In this document: one piece after another, positions 37,821 to 41,903 of the stretch
Position numbering within the stretch: position 1 is the first letter of the stretch
How the letters are laid out: every line of letters starts with the position of its first letter
Assembly: GCA_048213135.1 (NCBI GenBank)
Contig: PS015035.1
Coordinates: forward strand, 15,033-56,935
DNA from: Reclinomonas americana ATCC 50394
Taxonomy: Eukaryota
DNA: 41,903 nt
Direction: 5' to 3'
Position numbers and translations under genes: made by a program
Notes under the pieces: generated by a model
Database searches by the model: none
Told to the model about the DNA's origin: nothing
What the model saw: the letters and a program-made list of their open reading frames with translations, nothing else

Positions 37821-40800
37821 TCAATCATCGTCATCATCACTACCTCCCTCCGACCCCACATAATCATCCCCCTCATACGCGTCGGCCAGCGCCGACAGCG
37901 ACTCGGTCAGCTCCTCAAACTCATCCTGCGTCATGCCCCCCAACTGATGCGCGACAATCCCTCGCGGAGCCGCCGCAAAGCGATCACGAATCTTGCCGCC
38001 CAGATAGCCGTGCACACCGGGTCCGCACGTCAGCGACGCCATTGAGGCCGAGCGCAGGACGTCTGCGAGAGAGGAATGAGAGAATCACCAAAAAGAATGA
38101 GCTGGAGAGGAACACCAACCGTGCAGCTCGGGCGACGCTGGATCCGGATCACGCATGTGCGTCAAATCGCCCTCGGACGACACGTGCTCCTTGAACATGT
38201 GCGGATACGAGATCGGGTACGACAGCGGCGCGTCCACGAGGCTCCAATCGATGCGGTGATAGCCAGAGAACTGACCATAGTAGATGTCCATCAACTCGTC
38301 CACCGAATCTGCGCATTCCCATGAGTGCCCGTTCTTCCCCTCCTCGCCTCCCCCTTCTACCCATTCACACTCACCACAACCCAAGAACCGGTACGGCAAC
38401 AGGCTGCGCTCGCGCTCGCCCGGCTGATACAGCGGGTACCGGCTGAGACCGCGCGCGGCCATAAACTCGGAGAACGGCACGCGATCGTCGTCGGTGAGCT
38501 GCGCGTATGGCGACAGCAGCGGCGCGAGGGGCGAGCGGCGACCGAACGTCGGACCCATGTGCACCATGCGGCTGGCCAGCGACTCGGCCTTGAGCGGTGC
38601 ATGACCACGCGACGAGTAAATCGGCAGCAGCGACTCGGGACAATCGGCCGGATAGATGGGGAAAGGCATGGCCAGCGATGGCGACGCCACTCGCAAACGC
38701 GGCTGCACCGCCAACGTGTGCGCCACGTTGCGCATCTGCGAGTCGGACTTGCCGAATGCCGACGACACAGTGTCGACGAGGGCCGCGCAAATCGCCGAGT
38801 GCGCGTAGTGTCCGGGCTCCACGCGCATGTTGGGGAACAGCGACGAAACCGGCCACTCCTCGCACGACACGGGCGAGAGGATCGAGCTGTGCTCGTACAG
38901 CGACGCCAGACCGATGCCACTCTGAATGTCGTGCATCGCAATGTCGCGTCGCTGTGCACCCTCCGGCAGCGGCGTGGTGAACGAGTTGGTGAAGATCGGC
39001 GTGATGCCGTACTCGTCGCGCAGCATCTCCAGGTAGCGCTCGGTGAAGCCGCCGAAGAAGCCGACCTTGTGGAGGGGGGAATATGGGGAAGGGGGTGAGT
39101 GAGGGGAAGGGGGAAGAGGGGAAGGGAGGGGAAGGCAGGGGAGAGTGAGAAACAGAGAGGAAAAACAGAAACGACAATGCCGAGAGAAGAGAGAGATCTG
39201 GGGGAGAGAGAACGATGGCGCATAGAGGGGATGACTCGGGCCTCTGCTCAGACAATCACAGAGAATGCAGACTTAGGGGAACATTGAAGGGAGCGCCGGC
39301 ACATCGCGCAAAGGAAAGGACACACCTATTCCTGTGCCAGAGACGGATGAAGATATCGCGAGAAAAGAGGGAAAGATATAGAGAGAAGTGAGAGTGAAAG
39401 ATAACGATGACAAGGTCATTGTCTTCGCAATGCATTCACTACTCTGCGACGTGAGCAACTCCTGGCCGCGAAAGAAGCGAGGAGCACGAGAAATCGACGC
39501 AAAGAACAATACGAATACGCTCTTTCATTCCCTGTACAAGTCAAGGAACACGACCGCCATGAAGACAGAGAAATGAATGACAGACACTATCGACAATCGT
39601 TGAAGAGTGGAGCGCTGACAAGAGGATTGTGGAAGCAGGAGGAGACAACAAAGAGCTGATGTGAGAACGACGTCTTCACATTTTCCCTGCACAACGTCTC
39701 GAGAGGAAGGATGGAGAGAAAGAGAGGGAAAGAGAGAGGAGAGCGAGGAAAAATGAAGCACAAGTCTACCATTCTCTCTGCAAATTAGGGAACACGGGGT
39801 CAACGGTCAAAGCCTTGACCTTTACCTGAAAGACCAACAAAACCGAGAGGAGCAAGGGAAGACACATACGCAGTACTCCCACTCTTACAGCAAATCACCA
39901 CGAAGAAGAGAATCAAAGTCAAGCAAATACGCCCTTTCTTCTCTCTTCTCATTTCCCCTAATCCCTCCCTTTCCCACTCTTACAGCAAATCACCACGAAG
40001 AAGAGAATCAAAGTCAAGCAATACGCCATTTCTTCTCACTCTTCTCATTTCCCCCTTTCCCATCCTCTTCCCTTCCCCTCCCTCTCCTCCCCCTTCACTC
40101 TTTCCCCCATTCTCCCTTCCCCTCCCACCCTTCCCTTTCTCCGCTCACCTGATCCGCCAACACATTGAACCCCTGCAACGAATCGCACTCCTCGACAAAG
40201 AAGCGCACCGGGTCGAGATACTCATCGAGCGCCGCCGCCGAACTCAGCAACTCACGACCGACCGTGTGCACATCGCAGTCGTCGGTCACCTGATACTGCC
40301 GCACCACCGAAATGGTGCGCGGGTGATAGGCGGCCTTCAAAAAGTCGCTCCACGTCTGCACCGAGCCGTCGCGATCGGAGAGCGAAAACCACTCGCGGCC
40401 AGTGTTGTCGGCGTACTTGCGTGCCGGCGCTGCCTCGGCCGGTGCTGCCGCCGATGATGACGAGCCCTCGCCGCCACTGCCACTTCCTGCAGCAGCAGCT
40501 GCACTGACCTTGAGCTCCACCGCACTGCCACCGTCATCGTTGAGCGCCTTCAAAAAGTCATTCATAGTGCGGCTCTTGGCACGCGCGGCCGACGCCGACG
40601 CCGCCGCACGTACTCTTCGCCGCACACGAACGCCCAGTCGCACGCTGTCGTCGTCATCGTCATCGTCGTCGTCTTCGCGCTCATCATCCGGCACCTCGTC
40701 GACCTCAATGTCCACGAGCTCGCCGTCGTCGTCAAATGCGCCTTCGACGGGAAGTACGCCGCCGGGCCTGGAAATGACAGGGGATGAGATGATGTGATAA

Positions 40801-41841
40801 GGGAGAAGGGAGGAAAAGAGAGGGGAGAGAGAAGAAGTAGAAGAAAGAAGGGAGAGAGAGAGAGAGTGAAGAGGAGACCAGAAAGAACAGGAGACGGAGA
40901 CAGCGACAGAGGAGACGGAAACAACGAGAGTGACAAGAGAGAGAAAGAGAGAGAGTGTGTGTGCGTGAAGGGATGGAGAGTCAAGAGTGATGAGAAGAGA
41001 GTGAATGAAGATAGTAAAGGAGAAGTTCATGGTGAGAGAGAAGGACAACGACGACAGAGACACGCAGAGAGAAGGGAGTAGACAGACAGTGAAGAGTTAA
41101 ATGAGAAGCTGAGAGTGCGATGAGGGGAGAGTAAACGGAGACGACGACGCACAGCAGAGAGATAAGGAAAAGTGCACAGAGAAGGAGACGAGCAGAGAGA
41201 GAAGGAAGGGAGACAGTGAAGAGAGTGAAAGCAGAAAAGTGTGAAAAACAAGAGAGACGAGGAGAGACAACGGCAACGACGACAGAGACACGAGGGAGAG
41301 CAGAGAAACGGAAAAATAGAGTCAAGAGAGTGAACGGGACGAGGGGAGAAAGTAAAGAAGTGAACGGTGACGAGGAGAGACAAAGGACAAGAGCACAGAG
41401 TGGCATAGGGAGCAGAGAAACGGAAAAAATCGAGAGAGTGATAGGAGCAAGAAGAGACGAGACAGGGAGAGAAAGTAAAAGAGAGAACAGGATGCACAAC
41501 AGAGAGAGATAGAAGGACAAGAGCACAGACAGGCGGCGAGAGAGCAACACCCACACAGAGAGACAACTTACCAAGCACCTCCGACGCGATCCCGCACCGC
41601 CATTGGCTCCTCCGGTCGCGCATACACATATCCATCACGCGCAAGGAATCCCAGACTACCCCGCAAGTCGCACAGAACAGCTCGCGGCAAGTACGTCGAG
41701 TCACCCTTGACAAGAGAGACACAGAGAGAATGAGCTCATCTTTGAGCACTTTCGAGTGAGAGTGTGAGCGCTGCACCTGTCGCGTCTCGCCTACACGATA
41801 AAAGGTGTCAAAGTTGACTGCAGAGTCGGGTGTGGCACCAC
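37821..41841 (-). CDS. MSTO1: Misato/DML1 tubulin-FtsZ-like protein (5' end beyond window)
   Basis: Exons 41841-41777 (FDTFYRVGETRQ), 41705-41572 (GDSTYLPRAVLCDLRGSLGFL), 40767-40149 (VQTWSDFLKAAYHPRT...VRFFVEECDSLQGFNVLADQ), 39065-38375 (GFFGGFTERYLEMLRDEYG), 38308-38120 (PLSYPISYPHMF) and 38062-37821 (stop TGA). These are hallmark Misato motifs and all junctions are phase-consistent. Confidence 0.92.
39877..40060. repeat. Intronic tandem duplication, 95 bp period
   Basis: TCCCACTCTTACAGCAAATCACCACGAAGAAGAGAATCAAAGTCAAGCAA at ~39877 and ~39972. Confidence 0.9.
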
Positions 41842-41903
41842 CTGCATACGCAATGGCCTCCTCCTGTGTGTGTCACAGACAGTGAGTCCAACAATAACTT
41901 TTT

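Overview
Eukaryotic, intron-rich genomic scaffold from a gapped draft assembly, with GC-rich exons, GT-AG introns and (GA)n/(CA)n microsatellites. The style resembles a choanoflagellate such as Salpingoeca rosetta, but that is inference. Most long ORFs in the supplied track are artefacts of N runs and microsatellites, so genes were rebuilt by hand from splice sites. About eight genes are visible: (1) an aldehyde dehydrogenase on the minus strand whose matching last exon is seen on the plus strand; (2) an ankyrin-repeat/coiled-coil protein; (3) a PH + VPS9 Rab-GEF; (4) an Air1/2-ZCCHC7-like zinc-knuckle protein; (5) a ~6.9-kb gene that appears to fuse a divergent dynamin-like P-loop NTPase to a GREB1/TAGT-like glycosyltransferase fold lacking the usual catalytic acids; (6) a degenerate Pelle/IRAK-like kinase C-lobe; (7) an unknown Pro-rich, NLS-bearing protein that may be an Ig-fold transcription factor; (8) Misato/DML1, running off the right edge. 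Several degenerate tandem-repeat arrays are also present. Gene 5 is the best candidate for an undescribed system. All domain calls are by eye and from memory of family motifs, and need profile searches.
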